Below, piece by piece: positions 29,033-38,543 of a stretch of 64,000 nt of DNA. Below the pieces are notes generated by a model that did no database searches, had not been told where the DNA came from, and saw only the letters and a program-made list of their open reading frames with translations. The position numbers and the translations under genes were made by a program. This stretch comes from Escherichia coli. GTDB lineage: Bacteria; Pseudomonadota; Gammaproteobacteria; Enterobacterales; Enterobacteriaceae. Position 1 is the stretch's first letter. The number at the start of each line of letters is the position of its first letter. The DNA lies in the NCBI RefSeq assembly GCF_003334815.1, contig NZ_QOWO01000016.1; one strand, 5' to 3'.

Positions 29033-29466
29033 GCAGAGTAACCGCGATTATCTCTGCTCTGGTTATCTGCATCATCGTCTGCCTGTCATGGGCGGTTAAT
29101 CATTACCGTGATAACGCCATCACTTACAAAAAGCAGCGTGATAAGGCCGCATCCATTATTACTGACATGCAGAAGCGTCAACGTGATGTAGCAGAACTCG
29201 ACGCCAGATACACAAAGGAGCTTGCTGATGCTAACGCGACTATCGAAAGTCTCCGTGCTGATGTTTCTGCTGGTCGTAAGCGCCTGCAAGTCGCCGCCAC
29301 CTGTGCAAAGTCAACGACCGGAGCCAGCAGCATGGGCGATGGAGAAAGCCCAAGACTTACAGCAGATGCTGAACTCAATTATTACCGTCTCAGAAGTGGA
29401 ATCGACAGGATAACCGCGCAGGTTAACTACCTGCAGGAATACATCAGGACGCAATGCCTGAAATGA
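29029..29466 (+). CDS. i-spanin Rz
   Basis: 145 aa with an N-terminal TM, then a coiled coil. It overlaps the endolysin stop. Confidence 0.85.
   Translation: MSRVTAIISALVICIIVCLSWAVNHYRDNAITYKKQRDKAASIITDMQKRQRDVAELDARYTKELADANATIESLRADVSAGRKRLQVAATCAKSTTGASSMGDGESPRLTADAELNYYRLRSGIDRITAQVNYLQEYIRTQCLK
29222..29413 (+). CDS. o-spanin Rz1 (lipoprotein) embedded in Rz in the +1 frame
   Basis: Lipobox LVVSAC followed by a Pro-rich segment ([16 protein letters not shown]). Confidence 0.8.
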   Translation: MLMLTRLSKVSVLMFLLVVSACKSPPPVQSQRPEPAAWAMEKAQDLQQMLNSIITVSEVESTG

Positions 29467-29501
29467 TCGGGCGATGAAAACCAAAAAAACAGGAGCAATA
29501 C

Positions 29502-29777
29502 ATGACTAAGCTTTATCACCGCATCTCAGCTTTTCTCTCTGGGTGCTGGGCGTTTATCACGTCTATTTCGTTCGCCATCTTTAGTTTCGGTAGCACAGCA
29601 TGCTCGCTTAGTCGGGGTCTGTGGCGTGCTATTTCAGCACTAGCGCCGAAATTTTTACCTGAAAAGGTTGTTTGGCGAATTGTAGAGCGAATGTGTAGTG
29701 AGAGCGTTCGCGAGAAGATTAACGTATTTGGACGTCATCCTCGAAATACAGGCGCATTGTGCAGTTCGTTACTGTAG
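29502..29777 (+). CDS. Hypothetical 91-aa hydrophobic protein (moron)
   Basis: SD aggag with a hydrophobic N-terminal half. Confidence 0.45.
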   Translation: MTKLYHRISAFLSGCWAFITSISFAIFSFGSTACSLSRGLWRAISALAPKFLPEKVVWRIVERMCSESVREKINVFGRHPRNTGALCSSLL

Positions 29778-29895
29778 TCATTACAAAGCCCATCTTTGGG
29801 TTTGGTTTGTAATTTCGCTGCTGCAATAATCACCAGAAATATGGCATTGTTATTGGTGGTCATATGTCATACCCATCAATTACAAAGGAGCAGAC

Positions 29896-30147
29896 ATGTC
29901 ATCTACAAAATTAGTTAAAACTATCCTTTTCCATGGAGATAATAAATATGAAGTTTATGCAACCTCCGAGTACGCTGACGTAGATAGAATCATTCATTAC
30001 AAGTTACGCTCATGTAAAAACACAGATGGTTCAGATGGCAAGTCTGAATCTATATGGGTTGTATATAATCCTGCTGTTCAACTACCGGATGATCTGAACT
30101 ACAAAAAAGTTAGCAACATAGCTCCTTATCTTGAAAAGTTACAATAA
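29896..30147 (+). CDS. Hypothetical 83-aa protein (moron)
   Basis: SD aaaggag, AT-rich, followed by a strong terminator. Confidence 0.5.
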   Translation: MSSTKLVKTILFHGDNKYEVYATSEYADVDRIIHYKLRSCKNTDGSDGKSESIWVVYNPAVQLPDDLNYKKVSNIAPYLEKLQ

Positions 30148-30167
30148 ACTTCCTTTTCCACATGCTA

Positions 30168-30193
30168 AAAGCCTCGTATTCGCGGGGCTTTTT
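30168..30193 (+). terminator. Rho-independent terminator
   Basis: aaagcctcg-tattcg-cggggcttt followed by ttatt. A second hairpin aagccactc-cctaca-gagtggctt follows. Confidence 0.75.
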
Positions 30194-30359
30194 ATTGTCA
30201 TTACAAAAGCCACTCCCTACAGAGTGGCTTTGATAATGGTTTATACCCTACACGGGATAACTTAACTGATATCCCTTTTAACGGATAAACGGAGCCAACA
30301 ATGGCAGAGAATGTCGGCATTATGGCAGTTAAATTTGGATAAATCGGAGATTAGTACAT

Positions 30360-30710
30360 ATGCCGCCACGAATCCCGAAAGCCTGCCGTGCTCGAGGTTG
30401 CCGTAATACCACCACAGACCCGTCAGGCTACTGCGAAAGCCACAAAAGCGAAGGCTGGAAGCAATACAAGCCAGGCCAGTCCCGACACCAGCGCGGTTAT
30501 GGTTCGAAATGGGATGTTATCCGTGAACGTGTACTCAAGCGTGACAAAGGCCTGTGTCAGCTATGTCTGCGTGCTGGTGTGGTGCGTGAGGCGAAAACTG
30601 TTGACCACATCATCCCTAAAGCGCATGGCGGCACAGATGCCGACAGCAATCTGCAGAGCCTGTGCTGGCCGTGCCATAAGGCGAAGACGGCCCGTGAACG
30701 GCTAAAGTGA
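30360..30710 (+). CDS. HNH endonuclease (packaging-associated)
   Basis: 116 aa with ..VDHIIPKAHGGTDADSNLQSLCWPCHKAKT... It lies directly upstream of the terminase genes. Confidence 0.9.
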   Translation: MPPRIPKACRARGCRNTTTDPSGYCESHKSEGWKQYKPGQSRHQRGYGSKWDVIRERVLKRDKGLCQLCLRAGVVREAKTVDHIIPKAHGGTDADSNLQSLCWPCHKAKTARERLK

Positions 30711-30835
30711 TCATAATTCTCAACTGTCTGAGGGGAGGGGCGGGTCAAATCTCTGTGACCTGACGTCTTCCGGACTGCCCGCCCCATCGTTTTTTTATAC
30801 CCGCGAAAAATGAAATTTAACCAGGAGTGCCGCAT

Positions 30836-31330
30836 ATGGCTGGAACGGCGGGGCGTTCCGGGCGTCGCCCCAAGCCAACGGCGCGCAAGGCGCTGGCCGG
30901 AAACCCCGGCAAGCGAGCCCTGAACAAAGATGAACCTGTTTTTACGCCCATCAAAGGTGTTGAGCCACCGGAGTGGTTCGCTGAAGAAGATCTCCCTCTC
31001 GCCACGATCATGTGGCAACTGACAACCAAAGAACTCTGCGGTCAGGGCCTGCTGTGCGTGACTGACCTCGCGGTGCTTGAGCGGTGGTGCGTGGCCTATG
31101 AGTTCTGGCGACGTGCTGTGAAAAATATTGCCATACAGGGCAACACCATCACCGGCGCAATGGGCGGCAGGGTCAAAAATCCGGAGCTGACAGCCAAAAA
31201 AGAACAGGAGTCCGAGATGAGCAGCACGGGGGCAATGCTCGGACTCGACCCCAGCAGCCGCCAGCGTCTGATTGGCCTGGCGGGGCAGAAGAAAGCTACT
31301 AACCCGTTTCTGAAAATCATCGAATCATGA
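30836..31330 (+). CDS. Terminase small subunit (P27 family)
   Basis: 164 aa beginning [27 protein letters not shown], characteristic of P27-type TerS. SD aggag is 8 nt upstream. Confidence 0.85.
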   Translation: MAGTAGRSGRRPKPTARKALAGNPGKRALNKDEPVFTPIKGVEPPEWFAEEDLPLATIMWQLTTKELCGQGLLCVTDLAVLERWCVAYEFWRRAVKNIAIQGNTITGAMGGRVKNPELTAKKEQESEMSSTGAMLGLDPSSRQRLIGLAGQKKATNPFLKIIES

Positions 31331-33060
31331 GCCGGAAATCTTACCCCAACGTAAATGCTGCCAATCAGTATGCCCGGGATGTCGTTCGCGGAAAGATTGT
31401 GGCCTGCCAGTTTGTGATTCAGGCCTGCCAGCGCCATCTTGATGACCTGATGGAGGAAAAAAGTAAGTCGTTTCGTTACCGCTTCGACAAGGACCTGGCT
31501 GAACGGGCCGCGAAATTTATTCAGCTGTTGCCGCACACCAAGGGTGAGTGGGCATTTAAGAGGATGCCCATCACGCTGGAGCCGTGGCAGCTCTTTGTGA
31601 TCTGCTGCGCGTTTGGCTGGGTCAATAAAGGCTCCCGGCTGCGCCGCTTCCGTGAGGTGTATACCGAAATCCCCCGTAAGAACGGCAAATCGGCAATCTC
31701 TGCCGGTGTCGCCCTGTATTGTTTTGCCTGTGATAACGAGTTCGGCGCGGAAGTGTATTCCGGTGCCACGACGGAGAAACAGGCATGGGAAGTCTTTCGT
31801 CCGGCAAGACTGATGTGTAAACGCACGCCCATGCTGACGGAAGCGTTCGGGATTGAGGTTAACGCCTCAAACATGAACCGTCCGGAGGATGGTGCGCGTT
31901 TTGAACCGCTGATCGGTAACCCCGGTGATGGTTCATCACCCCACTGTGCGGTGGTGGATGAATATCACGAGCACGCCACAGATGCGCTTTACACCACGAT
32001 GCTTACCGGGATGGGGGCGCGACGTCAGCCACTGATGTGGGCTATCACTACCGCCGGGTACAACATTGAGGGGCCGTGCTACGACAAACGGCGGGAAGTC
32101 ATCGAGATGCTCAACGGCTCGGTGCCTAACGATGAACTGTTCGGGATCATCTATACCGTTGATGAAGGTGACGACTGGACCGACCCGCAGGTGCTGGAAA
32201 AAGCCAATCCAAATATTGGCGTGTCGGTTTATCGCGAATTTTTGTTAAGTCAGCAGCAGCGTGCGAAAAATAACGCCCGTCTGGCAAACGTCTTTAAAAC
32301 AAAACACCTCAATATCTGGGTGTCGGCGCGTTCGGCGTATTTCAACCTGGTGAGCTGGCAGAGCTGCGAGGATAAATCACTGACCCTTGAGCAGTTCGAG
32401 GGGCAGCCGTGCATTCTGGCCTTTGACCTGGCGCGTAAGCTGGATATGAACAGCATGGCGCGACTTTATACCCGCGAGATTGACGGTAAAACGCATTACT
32501 ACAGTGTGGCCCCGCGTTTCTGGGTACCGTATGACACGGTGTACAGCGTCGAGAAAAATGAAGATCGACGGACAGCCGAACGCTTTCAGAAATGGGTGGA
32601 AATGGGCGTTCTGACCGTTACCGATGGTGCGGAGGTGGATTATCGCTACATCCTCGAGGAGGCCAAAGCGGCGAACAAAATCAGCCCGGTCAGTGAGTCA
32701 CCCATCGACCCCTTCGGGGCGACCGGGTTGTCACATGACCTTGCTGATGAAGACCTGAACCCCATCACTATCATTCAGAACTACACCAACATGTCCGACC
32801 CGATGAAAGAGCTGGAAGCGGCAATTGAATCGGGGCGCTTTCATCATGATGGCAATCCCATCATGACCTGGTGTATCGGCAACGTGGTCGGCAAAACCAT
32901 TCCGGGTAACGATGATGTGGTGAAGCCCGTCAAAGAGCAGGCGGAAAACAAAATCGATGGTGCAGTTGCGCTGATTATGGCGGTTGGCAGAGCCATGCTG
33001 TACGAGAAAGAAGACACGCTGTCTGACCACATTGAGTCCTATGGGATCCGCTCGCTTTAA
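31327..33060 (+). CDS. Terminase large subunit
   Basis: 577 aa with Walker A-like IPRKNGKS and the position after TerS. Confidence 0.9.
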   Translation: MSRKSYPNVNAANQYARDVVRGKIVACQFVIQACQRHLDDLMEEKSKSFRYRFDKDLAERAAKFIQLLPHTKGEWAFKRMPITLEPWQLFVICCAFGWVNKGSRLRRFREVYTEIPRKNGKSAISAGVALYCFACDNEFGAEVYSGATTEKQAWEVFRPARLMCKRTPMLTEAFGIEVNASNMNRPEDGARFEPLIGNPGDGSSPHCAVVDEYHEHATDALYTTMLTGMGARRQPLMWAITTAGYNIEGPCYDKRREVIEMLNGSVPNDELFGIIYTVDEGDDWTDPQVLEKANPNIGVSVYREFLLSQQQRAKNNARLANVFKTKHLNIWVSARSAYFNLVSWQSCEDKSLTLEQFEGQPCILAFDLARKLDMNSMARLYTREIDGKTHYYSVAPRFWVPYDTVYSVEKNEDRRTAERFQKWVEMGVLTVTDGAEVDYRYILEEAKAANKISPVSESPIDPFGATGLSHDLADEDLNPITIIQNYTNMSDPMKELEAAIESGRFHHDGNPIMTWCIGNVVGKTIPGNDDVVKPVKEQAENKIDGAVALIMAVGRAMLYEKEDTLSDHIESYGIRSL

Positions 33061-33071
33061 CTGAGGTAATT

Positions 33072-33254
33072 ATGATCATGCTGATTCTCGCGCCTCTGGT
33101 GGGCGTGCTGGGGGCGCTTTTGCTGGCGTATGGTGCCTGGCTGATTTATCCCCCGGCGGGGTTTGTTGTTGCCGGGGCGTTGTGTCTGTTCTGGTCGTGG
33201 CTGGTGGCGCGATATCTCGACCGTACACAGCCGTCTTTCGGCGGAGGTAAATAG
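33072..33254 (+). CDS. Small 2-TM membrane protein
   Basis: 60 aa, hydrophobic, between terL and portal. Confidence 0.45.
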   Translation: MIMLILAPLVGVLGALLLAYGAWLIYPPAGFVVAGALCLFWSWLVARYLDRTQPSFGGGK

Positions 33255-34495
33255 TGTTCTTTTCGGGATTATTTCAACGAAAAAGTGACGCACCGATGAC
33301 CACGCCAGCAGAGCTGGCGGAGGCTATCGGGCTATCATATGACACCTATACCGGAAAGCAGATCAGCAGCCAGCGGGCCATGCGACTGACGGCGGTTTTT
33401 TCCTGCGTCAGGGTGCTGGCAGAGTCGGTCGGGATGTTGCCCTGCAATCTGTATCACCTGAACGGCAGCCTGAAACAGAGAGCCACCGGCGAACGTCTGC
33501 ATAAGCTGATCTCCACGCATCCCAATGGCTATATGACGCCGCAGGAGTTCTGGGAGCTGGTGGTCACCTGTCTGTGCCTGAGGGGAAACTTTTACGCCTA
33601 CAAAGTGAAAGCATTTGGCGAAGTGGCTGAACTGCTGCCCGTCGATCCCGGTTGTGTGGTACCGAAGCTTAACAGTAGCTGGGAGCCGGTCTATCAGGTC
33701 ACATTCCCGGACGGCTCCACGGATGTGCTGAGCCAGGAGGATATCTGGCATGTGCGCACGCTGACGCTGGACGGACTGGTGGGGCTGAATCCCGTCGCCT
33801 ATGCCCGCGAGGCAATATCGCTGGCGGCAGCGACTGAAGAGCACGGGGCCAGACTGTTCAGCAATGGTGCGGTGACGTCGGGTGTGTTGCGTACAGAGCA
33901 GACGCTGTCAGATCAGGCTTATGAGCGCCTGAAGAAAGATTTTGAGGAGCGTCACACCGGGCTTGGCAATGCTCACCGCCCGATGATCCTTGAGATGGGG
34001 CTGGACTGGAAGTCGATGGCGCTGAACGCCGAGGACAGCCAGTTCCTGGAAACCCGCAAGTTTCAGCTTGAAGAAATCTGTCGTCTGTTCCGGGTACCGT
34101 TGCACATGGTGCAGAACACCGATCGCGCCACCTTCAACAATATCGAAGAACTGGGGCTCGGATTTATCAACTATTCACTGGTGCCGTATCTGACCCGCAT
34201 CGAACAGCGGATCAACACCGGACTGGTACGAAAAAGTAAGCAGGGCGTTTATTACGCCAAATTTAACGCCGGGGCGTTACTGCGCGGGGATATGAAGTCC
34301 CGTTTTGAAGCCTACGCCACCGGGATTAACTGGGGAATTTACTCTCCCAATGACTGCCGCGACCTGGAAGATATGAATCCGCGTCCCGGTGGGGATGTCT
34401 ATCTCACACCGATGAACATGACCACGAAACCCTCCGATGGCAGTAAAGCCGGTAAGCAGAAGGATAACGCCAATGCAGACGAAACAACGTCTTGA
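33254..34495 (+). CDS. Portal protein (HK97 family)
   Basis: 413 aa with a GTG start after ggagg. Order is terL-portal-protease-capsid. Confidence 0.88.
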   Translation: MFFSGLFQRKSDAPMTTPAELAEAIGLSYDTYTGKQISSQRAMRLTAVFSCVRVLAESVGMLPCNLYHLNGSLKQRATGERLHKLISTHPNGYMTPQEFWELVVTCLCLRGNFYAYKVKAFGEVAELLPVDPGCVVPKLNSSWEPVYQVTFPDGSTDVLSQEDIWHVRTLTLDGLVGLNPVAYAREAISLAAATEEHGARLFSNGAVTSGVLRTEQTLSDQAYERLKKDFEERHTGLGNAHRPMILEMGLDWKSMALNAEDSQFLETRKFQLEEICRLFRVPLHMVQNTDRATFNNIEELGLGFINYSLVPYLTRIEQRINTGLVRKSKQGVYYAKFNAGALLRGDMKSRFEAYATGINWGIYSPNDCRDLEDMNPRPGGDVYLTPMNMTTKPSDGSKAGKQKDNANADETTS

Positions 34496-35123
34496 TGTAC
34501 CGCTGAGTCTGAAATCTGTCAGTGACTCCGGTGAGTTTGAAGGGTATGGCTCCGTCTTTGGTGTAAAGGACAGCCACGATGATGTGGTGATGTCCGGGGC
34601 ATTTGCTGCTTCCCTGCGGGCGTGGAGTGACAGAAAAGCGTTACCTGCGCTGCTCTGGCAGCACCGCATGGATGAGCCCATCGGTGTTTACACCGAAATG
34701 AAGGAAGACGATGTCGGGCTTTACGTCAGGGGGCGGTTGCTCATTGATGATGATCCCCTGGCAAAACGCGCACATGCACACATGAAGGCCGGTTCGTTAA
34801 CCGGCCTTTCTATTGGGTACGTCCTGAAGGACTGGGAATACGACCGGACGAAAGAAGCCTTTCTGCTGAAAGAAATCGACCTCTGGGAAGTCAGTCTGGT
34901 GACGTTTCCGTCTAACGACGAGGCGCGGATCAGCGACGTCAAGAACGCGCTGGCCCGCGGGGAAATCCCCGAACAGAAAAAAATCGAAAGAGTCCTGCGT
35001 GATGTCGGACTCTCCCGTACCCAGGCCAAAGCATTCATGGCCGGGGGCTATAGCGCACTGTCCCTGCGCGACGCTGAGGATGTGGGCTCTGCACTGAATG
35101 CACTGAAAAATCTGAACTTCTAA
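34473..35123 (+). CDS. Prohead protease (HK97 family)
   Basis: 216 aa from MQTKQRLD with GEFEGYGSVFGVKDSHDDVV. Confidence 0.85.
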   Translation: MQTKQRLDVPLSLKSVSDSGEFEGYGSVFGVKDSHDDVVMSGAFAASLRAWSDRKALPALLWQHRMDEPIGVYTEMKEDDVGLYVRGRLLIDDDPLAKRAHAHMKAGSLTGLSIGYVLKDWEYDRTKEAFLLKEIDLWEVSLVTFPSNDEARISDVKNALARGEIPEQKKIERVLRDVGLSRTQAKAFMAGGYSALSLRDAEDVGSALNALKNLNF

Positions 35124-35137
35124 TCAGGAGAAATACG

Positions 35138-36343
35138 ATGGCGGTAGATATTAAAGATGTCGAACAGGTCGCGCAGGAGCTGCAGCAGAAGTTTGACGAC
35201 TTCAAAGCAAAGAACGACAAGCGCGTGGATGCGATTGAGCAGGAAAAAGGCAAGCTTGCCGGGCAGGTGGAAACCCTGAACGGGAAACTCAGCGAGCTGG
35301 AAAATCTCAAAAGCGATCTTGAAAAAGAGCTGCTTGAGCTGAAACGTCCGGCAGGTGGCGCGCAAAATAAACTGGCCACCGAGCATAAAGAAGCGTTTGT
35401 GGGCTTTTTGCGTAAAGGCCGTGAAGATGGTCTGCGCGATCTGGAGCGTAAGGCATTGCAGGTGGGCACCGATGAAGACGGTGGCTATGCCGTGCCGGAA
35501 GCGCTGGATCGCAACATTCTCACCCTGCTGAAAGATGAAGTGGTGATGCGCCAGGAAGCCACGGTGATCACCGTTGGCGGTTCCGACTACAAAAAACTGG
35601 TGAATCTGGGCGGCACGGCTTCCGGATGGGTGGGGGAAACGGATACGCGATCCCAGACTGCCACCTCCAGACTGGAGCTGATTGAACCTCTCATGGGGGA
35701 AATCTACGGCAACCCGCAGGCCACCCAGAAAATGCTGGACGATGCCTTCTTCAACGTGGAGGCCTGGATCAACAGCGAGCTGGCAACCGAATTTGCCGAA
35801 CAGGAAGAAATTGCCTTTACCTCAGGCGATGGCACCAAGAAGCCGAAAGGGTTCCTGGCGTATGAATCCACGGATGAAACCGATAAGGTCCGGGCGTTCG
35901 GCAAACTTCAGCATATTGTATCCGGCGAAGCGACTGCGGTGACCGCAGACGCCATTATCAAACTGATTTACACGCTGCGTAAGGCACACCGCACTGGCGC
36001 GAAGTTCATGATGAACAACAACAGCCTGTTTGCCATCCGTCTGCTGAAAGACACCGAGGGTAACTATCTGTGGCGTCCGGGGCTGGAACTGGGGCAGCCG
36101 TCCTCTCTGGCGGGTTACGGTATCGCTGAAAACGAACAGATGCCGGATATCGCCGCTGATGCGAAAGCCATTGCATTTGGTAACTTCAAACGGGGTTACA
36201 CCATCGTTGACCGTATCGGCACCCGCATTCTGCGTGACCCGTACACCAATAAACCGTTTGTCGGTTTTTATACCACCAAGCGCACCGGCGGGATGCTGGT
36301 CGATTCGCAGGCCATCAAACTGCTGAAGATTGCAGCGGCGTAA
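35138..36343 (+). CDS. Major capsid protein (HK97 family) with N-terminal coiled-coil delta domain
   Basis: 401 aa. Assigned on position and family pattern. A GC hairpin (36351-36371) follows. Confidence 0.88.
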   Translation: MAVDIKDVEQVAQELQQKFDDFKAKNDKRVDAIEQEKGKLAGQVETLNGKLSELENLKSDLEKELLELKRPAGGAQNKLATEHKEAFVGFLRKGREDGLRDLERKALQVGTDEDGGYAVPEALDRNILTLLKDEVVMRQEATVITVGGSDYKKLVNLGGTASGWVGETDTRSQTATSRLELIEPLMGEIYGNPQATQKMLDDAFFNVEAWINSELATEFAEQEEIAFTSGDGTKKPKGFLAYESTDETDKVRAFGKLQHIVSGEATAVTADAIIKLIYTLRKAHRTGAKFMMNNNSLFAIRLLKDTEGNYLWRPGLELGQPSSLAGYGIAENEQMPDIAADAKAIAFGNFKRGYTIVDRIGTRILRDPYTNKPFVGFYTTKRTGGMLVDSQAIKLLKIAAA

Positions 36344-36392
36344 TCATTCAGGGGCGCGGAACCGCGCCCCCTGTTCTGACGGGTGAAGAATC

Positions 36393-36593
36393 ATGATCCT
36401 GAAACAAGATCTGAAATGGTCACCGGACGGTATGCGTGTTGAGGTCATTCGGGCCGGTGAGTATGACGACGGAGCGCTTCCTGCCCGGGTGCAGGAGATT
36501 GCACTTCAGGCCGGGTTAGCTGAGCGCGGAACCAGTGCAAAAAGCAGTAAAGCGGCAAAAGAGAAAAAAGCCACGACCAGTAAAGAGAGCTGA
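36393..36593 (+). CDS. Hypothetical head-associated protein
   Basis: 66 aa with a Lys/Ser-rich tail. Confidence 0.4.
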   Translation: MILKQDLKWSPDGMRVEVIRAGEYDDGALPARVQEIALQAGLAERGTSAKSSKAAKEKKATTSKES

Positions 36594-36595
36594 GT

Positions 36596-36919
36596 ATGCT
36601 TCTGACAATGGAAGAGATTAAAGCCCAACTCCGGCTGGATGAGGATTTCGATGCTGATGACCGCCATCTGCAACTGCTGGCCTGTGCGGCGCAAAAGCGG
36701 ACGGAAACGTATCTGAACCGGAAGCTCTATGCACCGGATGAATCCATTCCGGACAGCGATCCGGACGGACTGCACCTGCCGGATGATATTCGTCTGGGGA
36801 TGCTGATGCTTATCAGCCATTTTTACGAAAACCGCTCGTCGGTTACGGAAGTGGAGAAACTCGACATGCCGCAGAGTTTTGGCTGGCTTGTCGGCCCGTA
36901 CAGGTACTTTCCGCAATGA
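36596..36919 (+). CDS. Head-tail connector (gp6-like)
   Basis: 107 aa with MEEIKAQLRLDEDFDADDRHLQLL, typical of gp6-like connectors. Confidence 0.7.
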   Translation: MLLTMEEIKAQLRLDEDFDADDRHLQLLACAAQKRTETYLNRKLYAPDESIPDSDPDGLHLPDDIRLGMLMLISHFYENRSSVTEVEKLDMPQSFGWLVGPYRYFPQ

Positions 36920-37326
36920 AAATTCGTCAGGCGCAGACCAGCGCAACCTACATTCTGCCGGACCCCGGTGAACTGAATAAACGCGTCCTGATCCGCCTGC
37001 GGGTGGATATGCCCGCGGATAACTTTGGCGTGGAGCCTCAATACCCGGTTACGTTCCGGACATGGGCGAAGGTTATCCAGACCAGTGCCACCACCTGGCA
37101 GGAAACCGCGCAGACAGGGGACGCCATCACCCATTACATCACCATTCGTTATCGCCGGGGGATCACCGCTGATTATGAGGTGGTCTGCGGTGACAGTGTG
37201 TACCGGGTGAAACGTCAGCGCGATCTGAACGGGGCGCGGCGCTTTCTGCTGCTGGAGTGTACGGAGCTGGGCGAATTTACGCAGAGTCACGGAGGCAGCA
37301 ATGGCGACTCCCTTTTTTCACGTTGA
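36916..37326 (+). CDS. Head-tail adaptor / head closure protein
   Basis: 136 aa, assigned on position. Confidence 0.55.
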   Translation: MKIRQAQTSATYILPDPGELNKRVLIRLRVDMPADNFGVEPQYPVTFRTWAKVIQTSATTWQETAQTGDAITHYITIRYRRGITADYEVVCGDSVYRVKRQRDLNGARRFLLLECTELGEFTQSHGGSNGDSLFSR

Positions 37327-37798
37327 TGTTCAGCAGCCCGCGGAGATGCGCTTTAACCGCGCCCGTGTCCGGCGGGCGTTTGTCACGATTGGGCAGCGTC
37401 ATATGCGTGATGCCCGTCGGCTGGTGATGCGCCGTGCGCGGTCGGCACCAGGTGAAAACCCCGGTTATCAGACTGGACGCCTGGCTCGTTCGATTGGTTA
37501 CATGGTGCCGGGAGCCAGTAAAAAGCGAGCCGGTTTTATGACACGCATTGCCCCTAACCAGCGCAACGGGAGGGGGAACCGGATGATCTCTGGTGACTTC
37601 TATCCGGCGTTTCTGTTTTTTGGTGTCCGGGGAGGAGCAAAACGTCGTCGCAGTCATCATCGTGGTGCATCCGGTGGCAGCGGCTGGCGACTGGCTCCAC
37701 GTAATAACTTCATGGTGGAAACGCTTGAAAAGAACCGCAGCTGGACACGCTATTTTCTGGCGCGGGAATTGCGTAAATCACTGAAGCCGGAGCGATGA
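37301..37798 (+). CDS. HK97 gp10-like neck protein (putative)
   Basis: 165 aa, assigned on position. Confidence 0.45.
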   Translation: MATPFFHVDVQQPAEMRFNRARVRRAFVTIGQRHMRDARRLVMRRARSAPGENPGYQTGRLARSIGYMVPGASKKRAGFMTRIAPNQRNGRGNRMISGDFYPAFLFFGVRGGAKRRRSHHRGASGGSGWRLAPRNNFMVETLEKNRSWTRYFLARELRKSLKPER

Positions 37799-38364
37799 CG
37801 CAGATGAAACTGACGCCTGTTATTGCTGCGCTGCGTGCCCGCTGCCCGTATTTTGAAAACCGGGTGGCAGGTGCGGCACAGTTCAAAAATCTGCCGGAGG
37901 TCGGAAAGCTGAAACTCCCGGCGGCGTATGTGGTACCGGGTGATGACTCTCCTGGAGAAAACAAAAGCCAGACCGACTACTGGCAGGAGCTGAAAGAGGG
38001 CTTCTCCGTGGTTGTCATACTGAGTAACGGGCGTGATGAGCGCGGTCAGTTTGCCTCGTATGATGTGGTGGACGATGTCCGGCAGATGCTCTTTAAGGCC
38101 CTGCTGGGCTGGAACCCGGAAGCGTGCGGTAACCCGATTACCTATGACGGCGGCACGCTGCTGGATCTGAATCGTCATGAGCTGATTTATCAGTTCGATT
38201 TTTCGGTCATCAGCGAGCTGACCGAAGATGATACCCGCCAGCAGGATGATCTGAACAGTCTGGATGAACTGCAAACGCTGGCGATTGATGTTGATTATCT
38301 CGAGCCCGGTAACGGGCCTGACGGCGATATCGAACATCACACCGAAATAACCCTTCCTTCCTGA
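37795..38364 (+). CDS. Mu gp37-like tail completion protein (putative)
   Basis: 189 aa, assigned on position before the sheath gene. Confidence 0.4.
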   Translation: MTQMKLTPVIAALRARCPYFENRVAGAAQFKNLPEVGKLKLPAAYVVPGDDSPGENKSQTDYWQELKEGFSVVVILSNGRDERGQFASYDVVDDVRQMLFKALLGWNPEACGNPITYDGGTLLDLNRHELIYQFDFSVISELTEDDTRQQDDLNSLDELQTLAIDVDYLEPGNGPDGDIEHHTEITLPS

Positions 38365-38372
38365 GGATCCTC

Positions 38373-38543
38373 ATGTTTGTCAAACCTGTTAAAGGGCGGT
38401 CAGTGCCTGACCCTGCCCGCGGCGACCTTTTGCCCGCCGAAGGGCGAAATGTTGACGAGAACAACTACTGGCTGCGCCGTGAAGCAGCGGGTGATATCCG
38501 GCGCGTGAATAAAAAGGTGAACACCGATGACGATAAGCTTTAA
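38373..38543 (+). CDS. Small Mu gp38-like protein (DUF2635-like); not in the ORF track
   Basis: 56 aa, MFVKPVKGRSVPDPARGDLLPAEGRNVDENNYWLRREAAGDIRRV.... It overlaps the sheath start by 17 nt. Confidence 0.6.
   Translation: MFVKPVKGRSVPDPARGDLLPAEGRNVDENNYWLRREAAGDIRRVNKKVNTDDDKL

Noticed and set aside
33335-33844. A 169-aa minus-strand ORF and many similar antisense or overlapping ORFs across 31-47 kb.
   Set aside because: They are shadow ORFs within GC-rich structural genes whose plus-strand products form a complete, syntenic head-tail module.
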